From Minutocellus sp. GHC0000111 (lineage: Eukaryota): a DNA stretch of 64,000 nt. Location of the stretch: positions 3,472,001 through 3,536,000 of the forward strand of contig OZ361256.1 of the NCBI GenBank assembly GCA_977018835.1, read 5' to 3'. The notes beneath the pieces were generated by a model that saw only the letters and a program-made list of their open reading frames with translations, did not search any database and was not told the DNA's origin. The translations under genes were made by a program, and so were the position numbers. Positions 38,201 to 50,675 of the stretch are shown piece after piece (within the stretch, counting starts at the first letter, position 1; each line of letters begins with the position of its first letter).

Positions 38201-41200
38201 ACCGAGGTCACAACGGCAGATCATCAATGGAATCAAAACTTCTTTAGTTTAGTGGAATTCAAGAACGAACACGGCCACTTTGAGGGTATTACTCCCATTG
38301 ATGAAGTACTTGGACGGTGGGTATACAAACAGCGGTATAATATTCGCTCGTTGATATCCGGGAAGAGCAAGGGCAACTTCAGTGTCGAGAAAAAGGAGGC
38401 CCTTGATTCCATCGATTTTGACTGGCAAGGCTATGATGAAGGATGGGAAAAATGGAAGCGGGCTTCCGCTCGAAAGGCCACTAAATCAAACTCTGCGGCT
38501 GAATCCTCAGAAGCACAGCCTCGCCTAACATCGTCGATAGATGTCCCTGAAGGTGGAGCATGTCCCGGCTGCAAGCAGGTCTTTCACAGCAAAAGTGGGT
38601 GGCTTTATCATGTCAAAAACGGGGTCTGCGGAGTTCATGCCTGCACCCGATGTCGTATGGTTTTCAAGGTTAAATGCCATAATGGATGCCCCGTCCACTA
38701 CCAATGACGATGCAGATGATGTTGTAGTCCTCGGTGAAGACTACAAATTCGATCATTGCTGCGAATGTGGCATTCTCCGATCCTGATCTTTACCATTGGA
38801 CAAACACTGTAATGATTCAGTACCTTGAAAAGGATATCGAAGTGGACGAGTCTGCTTTGTCTGAGAAGCCCTTATCTGACGCCCGCTACAAAAAACTCAA
38901 GGATATGGGAATTGGGCGCGATTGGTCCCACAATGACAAGCTTTGGCACATTATGTTTCATAAGTTGAGCCAGTTTGAGCTGGAGAATGGTCACTGCGAG
39001 GTGCCTGGTAGCAATACGACTCAGCTCGGTCTATGGATCTATCGTCAAAGGTATTCCCTTGCTTCCTTCATTGCGAATGGCATGAAGAGCTCCTCATTTA
39101 CTCACAAGAGGAAGGCCAAGTTGGACGGGTGAGAGCTTCTTCTTCTGTCATTGGATGGTCGATACCTCTTTAATTTATTCACCCCATCTGCTCCTTACGC
39201 TAGTTATGTAGCGTGAACCCTCCAATAATTCTCACCAATCCCATTTGTGTGCCTCTCTCTTGCACTTTCTCTTGTCCTATGCGCAGTATTGGCTTCGATT
39301 GGAAGGAATATGACAAGGGATATGTCGATCCCGATGACGGCGATGACGACCAAAAGGGTAGGGCTGATAGTGTCGACCAAGACGAGAAAAAGGAAGATGA
39401 CGCCGATTCGATGGATTCCATTGAAGCTCAGTCTCTCGCGGAGAGGCTTGGTTTGCCTAATGGATACACGGGAAAAGATATTGAAAAGTACAACAACAAG
39501 TGTCCAAATTGCCAACAGACGTTCACGTCGGATCGGGGCCTCAAGTATCACATCGACAACAACGTTTGCATCAACCAGAATTATATCCCCAGAGCCCCAA
39601 CGTACGACCTTACAAGAAAACAGCAGGACCATAATGACAAGTTGTGGGAAGAAAATTTTAGTGCCCTTTGTGCTTACAAAAAGAAGCACGGCAATCTGGA
39701 GGGGGGCAGGGGCGATGATCCTTTGTGCAAATGGGCAAAGCGGCAACGATATGAATGCAGAGAGTGGATGAGCGGCCTGCACACACGTTTCAACGCCGAG
39801 CGCAAGAGGAAGCTCGATCGGATCGGCTTTGACTTCAAGGGATACGACGGCAAGCCCATCTCCGTTCCTGGACTCAAAGGACCCAAGGGCATCACCGAGG
39901 TCACAACGGCAGATCATCAATGGAATCAAAACTTCTTTAGTTTAGTGGAATTCAAGAACGAACACGGCCACTTTGAGGGTATTACTCCCATTGATGAAGT
40001 ACTTGGACGGTGGGTATACAAACAGCGGTATAATATTCGCTCGTTGATATCCGGGAAGAGCAAGGGCAACTTCAGTGTCGAGAAAAAGGAGGCCCTTGAT
40101 TCCATCGATTTTGACTGGCAAGGCTATGATGAAGGATGGGAAAAATGGAAGCGGGCTTCCGCTCGAAAGGCCACTAAATCAAACTCTGCGGCTGAATCCT
40201 CAGAAGCACAGCCTCGCCTAACATCGTCGATAGATGTCCCTGAAGGTGGAGCATGTCCCGGCTGCAAGCAGGTCTTTCACAGCAAAAGTGGGTGGCTTTA
40301 TCATGTCAAAAACGGGGTCTGCGGAGTTCATGCCTGCACCCGATGTCGTATGGTTTTCAAGGCGGAAAAGAATCTTCGAAAACACGAGAAACATGTTGAT
40401 TGCAAACCATGGACGTACGAACAGGCAAAGCTCGAGGCATTAAATGCCATAATGGATGCCCCGTCCACTACCAATGACGATGCAGATGATGTTGTAGTCC
40501 TCGGTGAAGACTACAAATTCGATCATTGCTGCGAATGTGGCATTCTCGAAAAGCCCGGTGACCAAATGCTACTCTGCGACAGGTGCAATCTCGCTTGTCA
40601 CCTTGAATGTACACACGATAAGCTCACTGAAATCCCCGAAAATGATTGCTTCTGCCGTAACTGCATCTCCAAGGCAGATAAGCTGGACTATTGTATTGAA
40701 TGTGGCATAATGGAAAAGCCCGATGGTCCTCCGATGCTTCTCTGCGACGGATGCGATGTCTGTTGTCACGGTGAGTTTTTCATTACTTATTTTATTGTTC
40801 GCCTCTGCCGACTTGCCATCATAGTGCCCACTACATCGCTAACCTTTGCATTGCACGTTTCAACTCTGCTAAAATCTGCAGTAAAATGCACCCATGATGA
40901 CCTTACAGAGGTTCCTGAGGGTGAGAGCTACGTAGTACTGTTCATTTGCTTTTGGTTGTAATCTTTTCGTGCAAATTTCTTCATTCCATTTCTTGCTCAC
41001 TACAACAAACAAATGTTGCTCGCCTTCACTTTTCACTCGTTGCTCGGGATCAGATGAATGGTTTTGCAGAAAATGTACCGCAAAGAGAAATATCCGCCTA
41101 GGCGAAGCACTGGCAGTGGAGAATTATGCTCCACCCTCATTTGAGGATCTTCTCGAAAAGTTAAAAGTATTTCGCGCTGAGAATGGCCACTTCGATGTTC

Positions 41201-42626
41201 CACCCGAACTGTAGGAACTCCACCAATTTGCAGAAAAGCTTAGGGAGTCCTATCTGAAGAGGCGCAAGACTACTCTGCAGCTTGAGCACGAGGAACAACT
41301 CGACAAGATCTATCAGCTCCACCGACGAGGCCGTCATCTCCTGTCGATGAGGCCAATGTTACCAAAACGGTATCAAAATCTAGCAGCAAGAACAATAAGA
41401 AGGCTGCTGATTACATGATCTTGGGTCGGTGGTCGAAGTTAGTAGAACCTGAATGGGCTGAAATGTTGGTCAAGCTTATCGAATACCAAGCAGTCCACGG
41501 CGAGATGACCTCTCCGAAGGGGAATAGAAATCTGTACTACTGGCTTGAAAAACAGAAAGAGGACTACGTTAACAAAAAGCGCCGCTCTCCAAGTCCGATG
41601 AGCGCAGTGCAAGTCAATCTCCTTGAAACAAAGGCTGGCTTTACTTGGAAAGGCAAGGAATGTGTCATCGTCGTGCCCGAGAAGAACAACGCCAGCGACA
41701 GTGATGGCGAAGAATCTTCTTCGTCGCTTGCTGCTGGCGGTGATTCTCGAGAGAAACGTGCCGCCAAGCGAAAGCGCGACGATAGTGATGGCAGCGATAC
41801 TGATGGCGATAGTGAAAGTGAAGAGTCCTCCGCCGCTCCAAGGAAGAATTCTCAGAACATAATTCTCATCGGCCCTTCAAAGAGGAATCAAAGACCGCCC
41901 GAGTACTGTGGCCTTGGGTGCAGCCACGGCGAGCGACAAGCATCTTGGGATCGCCACCTTGAAGAACTTTTGGAGTATGGCCACGAACATGGCACATACA
42001 ACGTTAGCAAAAGGCACGGGGATGGAGATCTGTACAACTGGCTTCAGTACCAAAGATATTTGTTTTACAAAGGAGAGAGGGACGGTAGGAGCAAAGGCCT
42101 TGGACCAGCTCAGAGGGAGCGGTATGATAAATTCAAGAAGGTAGAGGTATTCATTCCTCTTGATGACTCGGAGGGACGACGAGGAGGAGGAGGGACCAAG
42201 CGCCAGCGCGACGAGAGCAACAGCGGCGAAAGTGACCGCGGCAGCAGCGACAGTGAAGAGTCATCAACTCTGCACCTGCACAAGCGTCGGCGCCAGAATT
42301 CGCAACAAATTACTCTCATCCCGCCACCGAAGAAAGGCAACCCCAAACCCCCAACCTACGACAGCGTTAGAAATGATGGTGTCAGCAAGGGCGAGAGCCA
42401 AAAATCGTGGGATATGCACTTGAACGAGCTTCTCAAATTCGGCGAGAAAAATTGCACCTACAACGTTGGGAAATCATACAAGGGCGGTGATCTGTATCGT
42501 TGGTTGCAGCATCAGAAGTGTTTATTTTATAAAGGGGAATATGAAGGAAGGAGCAAGGGCCTGGGTCCGGGCCAGCGTCACCGATATGACAAACTCAAAG
42601 AGGCTGATATTTTCGAGACGAGCTAG
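35220..42626 (+). pseudogene. Multi helicase-associated (HA) repeat protein with C2H2-like zinc fingers and tandem PHD fingers; disrupted
   Basis: Many W..(F/Y)..L..(F/Y)K..HG...VP...L..W...QR...L..IGF.W repeats and two C4HC3 PHDs. Introns 37436..37593, 40771..40881, 40921..41053. Internal 1.77-kb duplication, in-frame TAG 41212-41214, frameshift after LDKI at ~41310. Confidence 0.85.
37084..40547 (+). repeat. Tandem duplication of ~1770 bp inside the HA/PHD gene; first copy has a 77-bp deletion
   Basis: Identical ORFs at offset 1693 (37507/39200, 37554/39247, 37981/39674); offset becomes 1770 after 38670; junction at ~38777. Confidence 0.95.
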
Positions 42627-42783
42627 ATTGAGTGTGTTTCTACAGCTCTATCACACGTAGCATTAAAAAAATTATGTAGAACGGAGCATAAATGTAGAAT
42701 TCTTGTTCCACTATTCGCTGCATCTCAAGATACTGCTGCCCAAAATGTTGCAAAATTAGAAACGCTCGCAACATTCAATCAAT

Positions 42784-44116
42784 TCAAAATATTCCTCGAC
42801 GACGTCTGTGCTTAAAGATCAAAATGAGCAGGAGGAAGGCAATAAGGCAGACCAAGAAGATGATGCACTTCAATGGCCGAGCATTCTTCTGAGATGTTTC
42901 GGCTCGCTCCAGCTGCGTGATGCCCTCCTTGGTATGCTCCACAACTGCCTCCATGTTGTAATCAATGCGGTCCAAAATTGTTCCCTGATCAATAACAAGG
43001 ACCGCGAGCTCTTTGAAAATTGCCCCCAGCTCCTCGATGCTCTTGGCAATCTCAACGATTTCCTTGTCTCGAGACTGGACTGCCTCCTGCAGATCATCCA
43101 CAACGGCCTGCTGCTGCATGGTGAAGCCAAAGTCATTGTCCGCCCCGCCGCCACCACCTTCGTCATCCATCAGTCCAAATTTGGCCTCTCTCCCCTCCAA
43201 TCCACCACTCTTCTGCGCCTGAACGTCGGCAAGGTATTTGCGCTGCATCTGGCGGAACTCCACACTCAGTTCCTGCAGCTTCTTGGCCAAACTGCGCTGG
43301 ACATTCGACCCGACCACCGCCTCCTCTCCACCGGCCCGCCTCGTGGCGGTGCCGACCCTCTGCAGGTACCGCTCAGCTGTACGGAACCGGTCGGTGATGT
43401 CCCTGGTCAGCTTTTCGATCTTCCCCTCCACCTCGTCGAGGTCCTTGCCGAAGACGCTGCCCACCCGACTGGAGTGCATCGACTGCAGAACGCCCATGAG
43501 GCGGGTGATGTCCGACAACTCCTGATGGACGGCGTCGACGTCATCGACCCACTGCGGGGGAAGGACCGATGCCGAACCCCGATCGATGCCCGCCGAGAGG
43601 GCACCCTCCTCGAGATGGAAGTCATCGCCTCCTCCCTTGGAGATGCCTATGGGTTGTTATGCAGCCACCCAGATGAAGAAGAATGGGGGGTTGGATAAAT
43701 AAGTGTGTGAGATGGTTCATAAATGAAAGGAAAGAACGCATTGCTTTGGCACGTCTCCCGGAAACAATTTGCAATATACGGGAACTTTGGCGCGGCAGAC
43801 GACCCAGAGATGTCGAGATCCTTCCTCCACCCAAAGAACTCCAAAAGTTGTCGTTTCATCCCAACCCCGACAATGTACCGCTTACATATCAAGCATCAAG
43901 GAGTCATTGATTGACATCTGCGATGCGGTGCGCGTCCAATTCAACACATTTTGTGCTCTCGTGGAACATCCGATTTTGACGGTTCTCCAGAAATGAATCA
44001 AGATGTGCACTTACCAAACGGCTTCATCCCACCATTCCCGGCGGAAGCTTCCGCCGGCGCATGTTGGCCGCCGCCCTCCGCTCCTGGAACGTCGTGGTTA
44101 AGTCTCGGCTAGCCAT
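42784..44116 (-). pseudogene. STX16: Syntaxin-16/SYP4/Tlg2-type Qa-SNARE with frameshift in exon 1
   Basis: N-peptide MASRDLTTTF, LPPQWVD, SNARE motif LVIDQGTILDRIDYN, C-terminal TM. Exon 1 44116..44015 hits TGA at 44026-44024 and is one base short for the phase-1 intron 44014..43647. Confidence 0.85.
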
Positions 44117-44457
44117 GGTCTTTGCCGTTTGGTGGGCAATACTCTTCTAGCTACGTAGGCCTAGTGTGCATGTCGGCCGGCGGCCGGCCGGGTTGAGCAA
44201 AATTGCCATGCATACGCAAGTCGCACCACAAGCCGCCTGACGCCGCCACCTCTCCGCTCCACCGGCTCCACCACTTCCTTGCCTTGCTTGTACGCCTCGT
44301 AGCTTGGATAACCGGCAGCCGGAAGGGCAGTGTAGCAAAGAGACCGCCTGGGTTGTGCTACGAACAGATCAATATTCAGTCAGCTTGGAACAGGAAAGTG
44401 AAGCATCTTGGGCACAGACGGCGACATTGAGCCAGTCACGAAAACGCCGGCACAAAC

Positions 44458-45063
44458 TTTATCGATGAGATCGATTCCGTCTTTCGGAAACGAACGACGG
44501 CTCAAGATTCGGGGGAAGCAACTCGAAGTTCAGTTGTGAATCAAATCCTAGCCAAGCTAGATGGAGTCAATGCAATCCCGAATGTGCTTCTTATTGGGAT
44601 GACCAATCGACGAGAATTACTTGACGATGCTTTGCTAAGACCTGGCAGATTAGAAGTACTAATTGAAATCCCTAAGCCAGACAAGCAAGGGAGGCGAGAG
44701 ATATTGAAGATCCATTTCAGGCCTTTACGCCAAAGTGGTAGACTATCGCAGCCTCTCATTCAGGCCATCGACGGCGCAAATGATCCTTCTGATATTGATA
44801 GCCCTACTAGTATCACTTAAGGGAGCAAAAGGAAGGCAATAAGGAGACTGATCCATAAGAGTCCTATGTTTCAGAGACATAACAAATATTATCTCGCCGC
44901 CGACTATGCAACGGGGGGATTCACGGGGGCAGATATCGCTGGTTTGGTTCGCTGTGCAGGCTCTATCGCCCTTGCCCGGTCAAGAGAGCAGGGTGATGGT
45001 ATTGATAGCTTGGTGATTACACTTGAGGATGTGAAACAGGCTTTGGCCGAGGTGAAAGCTTAA
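44458..45063 (+). pseudogene. NSF-like AAA+ ATPase fragment, 5'-truncated, with in-frame stop
   Basis: Starts abruptly at Walker B (FIDEIDSV); [38 protein letters not shown]; no Walker A upstream; TAA 44818-44820 in frame. Confidence 0.85.
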
Positions 45064-45473
45064 CCACACCGTACGCAAGGGCTGCTTGCCGTACGTATGT
45101 AAAAAGCACAAATTAAATGGGAAATTCTCAAAACTACATCAGCACAAAAGGAATACTCGCAGAAATAATCATCTGTTGTTCGAACACCTCGGACTTATTT
45201 TTAGCTTTCGTCGTTGATGGTTCTAACCCAAGGACAGTTTTTGCACATGGAAGACGGCTACCCGGCAGAGCAATGACGTGTCAGGGATTGGTTGCGTCCG
45301 ACGCCCCTGTCGGCCTGCTAGTTATTTATTATCGTAATCACGGAACACAACACGTGTATATCCACAAACACACACAGAGCAAATGCTCATCTAACTCCGG
45401 AGAAGCACGACACGGGAAGTAATGATGTAAGAGCTTAGAGTAAGTATACTTCTAAAATCGTACGGATATGTGC

Positions 45474-45803
45474 TTAGGTGCTCTTCTCGATGAAGTCGAT
45501 GGCAGCCTGGACGGTGGTGATCTGCTCGACATCCTCCTCGGGGATCTCGATCTCGAACTCCTCCTCGAAGGCCATGATGAGCTCGACGGCGTCAAGGGAG
45601 TCGGCATCGAGGTCGGCCATGAAGCCGGCGGAGTTGTCGAACTCACCCTGCACATCGAGCTGGGACTGGACGATGTTGCGGACACGCTCCTCGATGTTGT
45701 CGGCGGCCATGTTGAGGGAGGCGGTGCGGCCGAAGGAGGGGCGGGCGGCGGGGGCGAAGGCGGCGGCCGAAGTGGCGAGGAGGGCGGCAATGGCGAGCTT
45801 CAT
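45474..45803 (-). CDS. acpP: Plastid acyl carrier protein, nucleus-encoded
   Basis: [18 protein letters not shown] bipartite presequence; [20 protein letters not shown] phosphopantetheine motif. Confidence 0.95.
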   Translation of the reverse strand: MKLAIAALLATSAAAFAPAARPSFGRTASLNMAADNIEERVRNIVQSQLDVQGEFDNSAGFMADLDADSLDAVELIMAFEEEFEIEIPEEDVEQITTVQAAIDFIEKST

Positions 45804-46466
45804 CTTGAACTGTTTGGATATGGCAAATCAACAAGGAATGAAAATGACAGGATGGAGATTAGAGAGTGGTGTGAGAATGACATGCTGCATTCGTTGAGGA
45901 GGATCAGCGATTGCAAAGTGAACGTTCGATCCCTTGGTCATTGGTGGGAAAGTTGCTGCCAGCACCCAGTTCGTCATTTGCATAACCACACACAAGCAGA
46001 TTGTGGATCCGGCGGCATGAAAAGCTCGGCGAGGACGTCGCGAGGCAACCCCTCATCTCTGTAGTCCGTCGGCGGTTCAACTTCCCCACCGGAACAAGTA
46101 TCCATCGGTAGGAACTTCACCACGCATGCACCAACCCACTTTTGCACTTACAAGTATTGGAATGAAAGAGAATCCGAAGGAAGAGTGAGATCAACCGGGA
46201 GGCAAAAGCAACGGATCGGTTGCTTGCGTTACCGCCAAAAAACGACGGCGTGGCAGCAAGACTGACGTACGCCGTCTATGCCGGGCGAAGAACAGACGTT
46301 GTACATACATACATACGATACTTGAATAATAAAGAGGGAGATGCAGAGAACAAAAGAAAATCGGAGAGCTACCGATCGCGAGGAACACATTGCGTATCAG
46401 CAGGTTACGGGCTGGTAATACCGGTACGACGCAGTTCGTGCAGGACAAGTTCAACTCTAAGCAACG

Positions 46467-47213
46467 ATGAGATTATTACACCAGTGCCTGCCAATTTCTG
46501 CCGTCGCATTATGCGTGGCGAACGTTGCCTCGGCGTTCAATGTCGCAAGAGGCGTAAATGGAGGCTCCCAATGTCAATACCACAAGCCACTTCGACAACA
46601 ATTCAAACTGTACGCCTCGTCATCATCCGATGCAGAAGACGAGGCACGAAAGCTTCGTGAATTGGCATCTCAACTTCGTGGAGAGGTCGATGCCTTCCAA
46701 AAGGGGAAGGATGAAGTGGCAGCGGCGGAGCAGAAGGCCAAAGACGAAGTCATCGCAGCCAAGCAAGAGACTCGGATGAGATATTCCGCAGAGGTTCCCA
46801 TACTCAAGGGCGATGGACAAACCGTGATGGAAAGGGTGGACTTTCCTCCCAGAATAAAGGATGGCAAGTCGTTCATTATGGCCGTGCAGGCAGATCTTCC
46901 ACTGGGTATTCTTTTGGGTGAACACGAAGAGATCCCTTCAGCCATCCGTGTGGATGAGGTTGCTGCTGATTCAAATGGCCAACGTGCAGATGTGCGAGAG
47001 GGAGATATATTGAGAGCTTGCACGGCATGTCAACAGACGATGGAAACTCCGACGTGGCAGCTGCTCGCCGGCGGTATTGGCCAACCCAAGACAAAGCGAT
47101 TTATGTATGCTACCGATGGTCGACCCTTTGAGGAGGTTATGGATGCTGTTGGCTCTAATCGCATGGACCCCGAGGGCAGACCGGTATGGCTAGTATTGGA
47201 AAGGCAAGAGTAG
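46467..47213 (+). CDS. Plastid-targeted protein with PDZ-like domain
   Basis: VASAFNV presequence, coiled coil, LPLGILL..VDEV...SNG..ADVREGDILRA PDZ-like pattern; 248 aa. Confidence 0.7.
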   Translation: MRLLHQCLPISAVALCVANVASAFNVARGVNGGSQCQYHKPLRQQFKLYASSSSDAEDEARKLRELASQLRGEVDAFQKGKDEVAAAEQKAKDEVIAAKQETRMRYSAEVPILKGDGQTVMERVDFPPRIKDGKSFIMAVQADLPLGILLGEHEEIPSAIRVDEVAADSNGQRADVREGDILRACTACQQTMETPTWQLLAGGIGQPKTKRFMYATDGRPFEEVMDAVGSNRMDPEGRPVWLVLERQE

Positions 47214-47352
47214 ATTGATGTTATCCGTAAATCGATCTAAGCTAAGTAGCTACACATGTATCAATGAAACAAATCTTCATGATACATTGTGATATCTTCC
47301 AGTAAGATATCTCAAATATCATATTATTCTCTGGCCAAAGCAAGCATACGTC

Positions 47353-48037
47353 TTATGTCAGCTTCTCCCAGTCTGAAAATGTTCTGGTTACAACAATCTT
47401 TTCAATCTTGAGATCGTCATTCACCAGGAATCGAGTCTGCCCCTCCACGCTCAGGGGAGTACCCTGTGGTGAAATGCCAAGAGAGTCGCCGGACCATGTG
47501 CCGGTCTCGTACCAGTGAGCGAATACCCAACGATTGCCCCTTCCGCCCAATGCCGTCGGAGGATAGTGAAAGTGAACCACTCAGTCTGGATGGGCGGCCA
47601 CGAATTCCATACATCTATCAGCCAGTTGGTCACGAGTCGCCGACTTTTCCTCTTGGCTGAGGCCACAGACATCTCTGATGGAGGCTCCCGTTTCTGGAAA
47701 GCAGCTTGCTATTTGTTCGCGATTTTTTAATGTCACTGCACAATGCATGTGTCAGTTGTAGATGAGAATGTGAGATGATACTAGTGAGTAAGTGGATACA
47801 GCCCACTTGGCAACAATGTGATATGTACGAACTCGTAATAAGCGCATGGCAAACGAACAAACACATACCTCCCTGAAAGTAACGCGCAACGGCCTCCTCT
47901 CGCAGACTCTTCCCGAAGCCAAGCTTCAGCCTCACTCTTCCCACCACCGATAAGCCGTTTGTACCAGAAAAGGCGAACATCAGCAACAACAGGGTAGCGC
48001 TCGCTGCGCTGCTGCGGGAAGGAAGAAGGAGCGTCAT
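47353..48037 (-). pseudogene. Signal-peptide protein with SnoaL/NTF2-like domain; in-frame TGA
   Basis: Exons 48037..47869 and 47735..47353 join in frame (VARYFQGVTLKNREQIASCF..); TGA 47583-47581 in EFVAAHPD*VVHFHYPP. Confidence 0.7.
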
Positions 48038-48166
48038 CGATGGAGAAGAAAATATGAGCGAGCATGGCCGATTTGCCGGTTGGTAGCATTTCTGTGTCGA
48101 AATTGTTACGTCATCCCACTTTCCGGAGGCTCAACGCCTCCGCTCTGTCATAATTTACTGCCAACC

Positions 48167-50538
48167 ATGCCGGCCAAGGACCAGCAAGCCCCCACCGGGC
48201 TTCGGACGATCGTCCAGAAAAGGATGATGGACGACGTGCTACACAATACCATGGGTGAGTGCGATTCGACTTTGCCCTTTTGGAGGGGATGCGCCATGAA
48301 ATATCGCCCCCTCCAGATTCGTGCGCAAAGCGCTTTGCTTGATTCATTCATGCGTTGAGGACGAAGGCCAAGAGTGGTCCTCTTTTATCAGTTGTTCGGC
48401 AAGCCCAAAGACTGCTACCTCTCCCAGAGATCATGGCCACCGTGTTTTCTGGTATCTTTTGCATATTTGTCATATCTCTCATACCCAGCACATTAATGTT
48501 CGTTCGTCTCTCTCAAACCACACCTCCTCCACTCGCTCCGCACGATTTATCGAACCGGCCGCCAAAAACTAAATCACAGAGAAGCACCCCGGTTGGCACA
48601 TCCTCGTCATGGACAAGGCAGCGACGCGGACCATATCCAGCGTTATTGGTATGTACGATCTGATGGAGCAGCGCATCTCCCTGGTGGAGGACCTCAGCAA
48701 GAAGCGCGCCCCGTTCCGCGACAAGGCGGTGATCTATCTCCTGGCCCCGACCAAGGACAGCGTGGAAAAGATGATCGCCGATTGGACCCCGTCGGAGGAC
48801 CTCAAGGAGCCGCTGTATGGCAACGGGGCCTTCATCTACTTCCTGGGGGCGCTGCCCGACCCCCTCCTGGCGCGGATCAAGTCCTGCAAGGCCCTGGTGA
48901 AGAGAGTCAAGGGTCTGGGGGAGATCAACATCGACTTCTTGGCCAAGGAATCCAGTGCATTCCATCTCGACATGGACTCGACCTTTTCCGTCCTGTTCAA
49001 GCGAGGCGGCCGACCGTCGCGGGCGGAATTCGTCATTTGTGACAAGCTCGTGACGCTTTGTGCCACTCTGAACGAATACCCTCACATTCGGTACGATGCC
49101 TCGTCTCCTCTGTCGACGTCTCTGGCCAAGATTTTCCACAACAAAATGAATGAGTTCGTCGGGAAGAATCAGAACTGGTGGCACCATGGCGATGCTTCCC
49201 ACACGGATCGGGGCAGATCGACGTTGCTGCTGTTGGACCGTACTGTCGATTGCCTTTCACCATTGATGCACGAGTTCACCTACCAGGCCATGGTGAATGA
49301 TCTGCTCAAGGTGATGGACGATAAGATCTCGTACGAGGCCGAAACGGTTGGTACGGCCGCGGAGGAAGATGGCAAGGCAACGATGACCAAGGATGCCCTC
49401 CTCAACGAGAACGATGAGGTATGGGTCGAACTGCGCGGAGATCATATTGCCGATGTCATTCAACAGCTCAGTGGAAGAATTCGCGACATTGTCAACTCCA
49501 ACACCGCGCAGGTGCTCAAGAGCAAGGGCAACAGCGCCAAGGCTTTGTCCCTATCGCAGATGGCCAATGCCATGAAGGCTCTGCCGGAATATTGCGAGGT
49601 GATGTCGAAGCTATCTCAGCACATGCATATTTCACACCAGTGCATGGATCTGTTCAATAAGGCCAGCCTACTGAACCTTTCGGAGCTGGAACAAACGCTT
49701 GCTACGGGCAAGGATGAGAATGGACGGACACCAAAGGTATCCGAGCTGGTGGATCTCGTCGAGGAGGAGCTGAAATCGTCGCCGGATGCATTGACCCGGC
49801 TGCGTCTACTCGGTATTTTTATCGTTAGTCAGAAGGGTATCCGAAGCAGGGATAAGGATCGTCTCCTTACGGCAGCAAGGCTCAATCCCAAGGCTGCCCG
49901 TACTCTTAAGAATCTGCAAAAGATGGGTTGCCCATTGATTCAAAAGACCGAAAGCAGCAAATTGAACTCCATCTTGTGAGTGTTTTACAACTTATATGGC
50001 ATTGTGCATATTGCCTTCTTTGCCAATAATCTGGTTTGTGCTCACATGTACTTGTTTTCATTTCCAATTTATCAATCACTATTGATTCTATTAGTGGACA
50101 AAGAGCGGGTGGTTCGGGACGGAATGATTCCGAGAGCGAATACTCTACCAGTCGATATGTTCCGTTGCTCAAGATCCTTATGCAGGAGATGAACGAAGGT
50201 ACGCTCAGCATGGAAAGATATCCCAGTGTCGTGCCCATGCCGACGAGGGAAGCAGCAGCGGTACAGCCATGAGTGCAAGGAACCGTCAGTCGGTGACGGG
50301 CAGCGCCCGACGCGACAATCCCATGAGAGCATCGCGATGGGCCCGAGAGAGCACGAAACCGGCCAAGAGGAATGCCTACTCTGGATCCAGACAGATTGTG
50401 TTCATGGCCGGTGGCCTTTGCTACTCGGAGATCCGATCAGTCTACGAAGTAATGAACTCTGGCGAGAAGGAGTTCATCGTCGGTGGTACTCGGTTCCTCA
50501 ACCCAAGGCAGTTCGCACGAGAACTGAGCACGTTGTAA
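48167..50538 (+). pseudogene. SEC1: Sec1/Munc18 (SM) family protein, exocytic type, frameshifted in last exon
   Basis: WHILVMD, NEYPHIRY, LLDRTVDCLSPLMHEFTYQAMVNDLL, LEQTLATG, SRYVP, IVFMAGGLCYSEIR. Introns 48255..48579 and 49976..50094. A -1 shift at ~50240-50250 leads to TGA 50270. Confidence 0.9.
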
Positions 50539-50675
50539 AATCGCTCCTTACCTTTTTGATTTATCCAGGCCATAAGCTTAAATCGTTTTTGTTCATAGAA
50601 ATGGGCTACAGACCCTAACGCATGATAGTCACTGAGGGACAGACATACCACTGGTTGATGTTGTGATTGCTAATG

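Noticed and set aside
35220..42626. Calling the HA-repeat gene a helicase or transposon protein
   Set aside because: No Walker A/B, DDE, HUH or RT motifs seen; only HA, zinc-finger and PHD modules.
7904..47583. Stop-codon reassignment or systematic readthrough as the explanation for five in-frame stops
   Set aside because: All three stop types occur internally and also terminate genes normally, and the same genes or their neighbours have frameshifts and rearrangements that recoding cannot explain.
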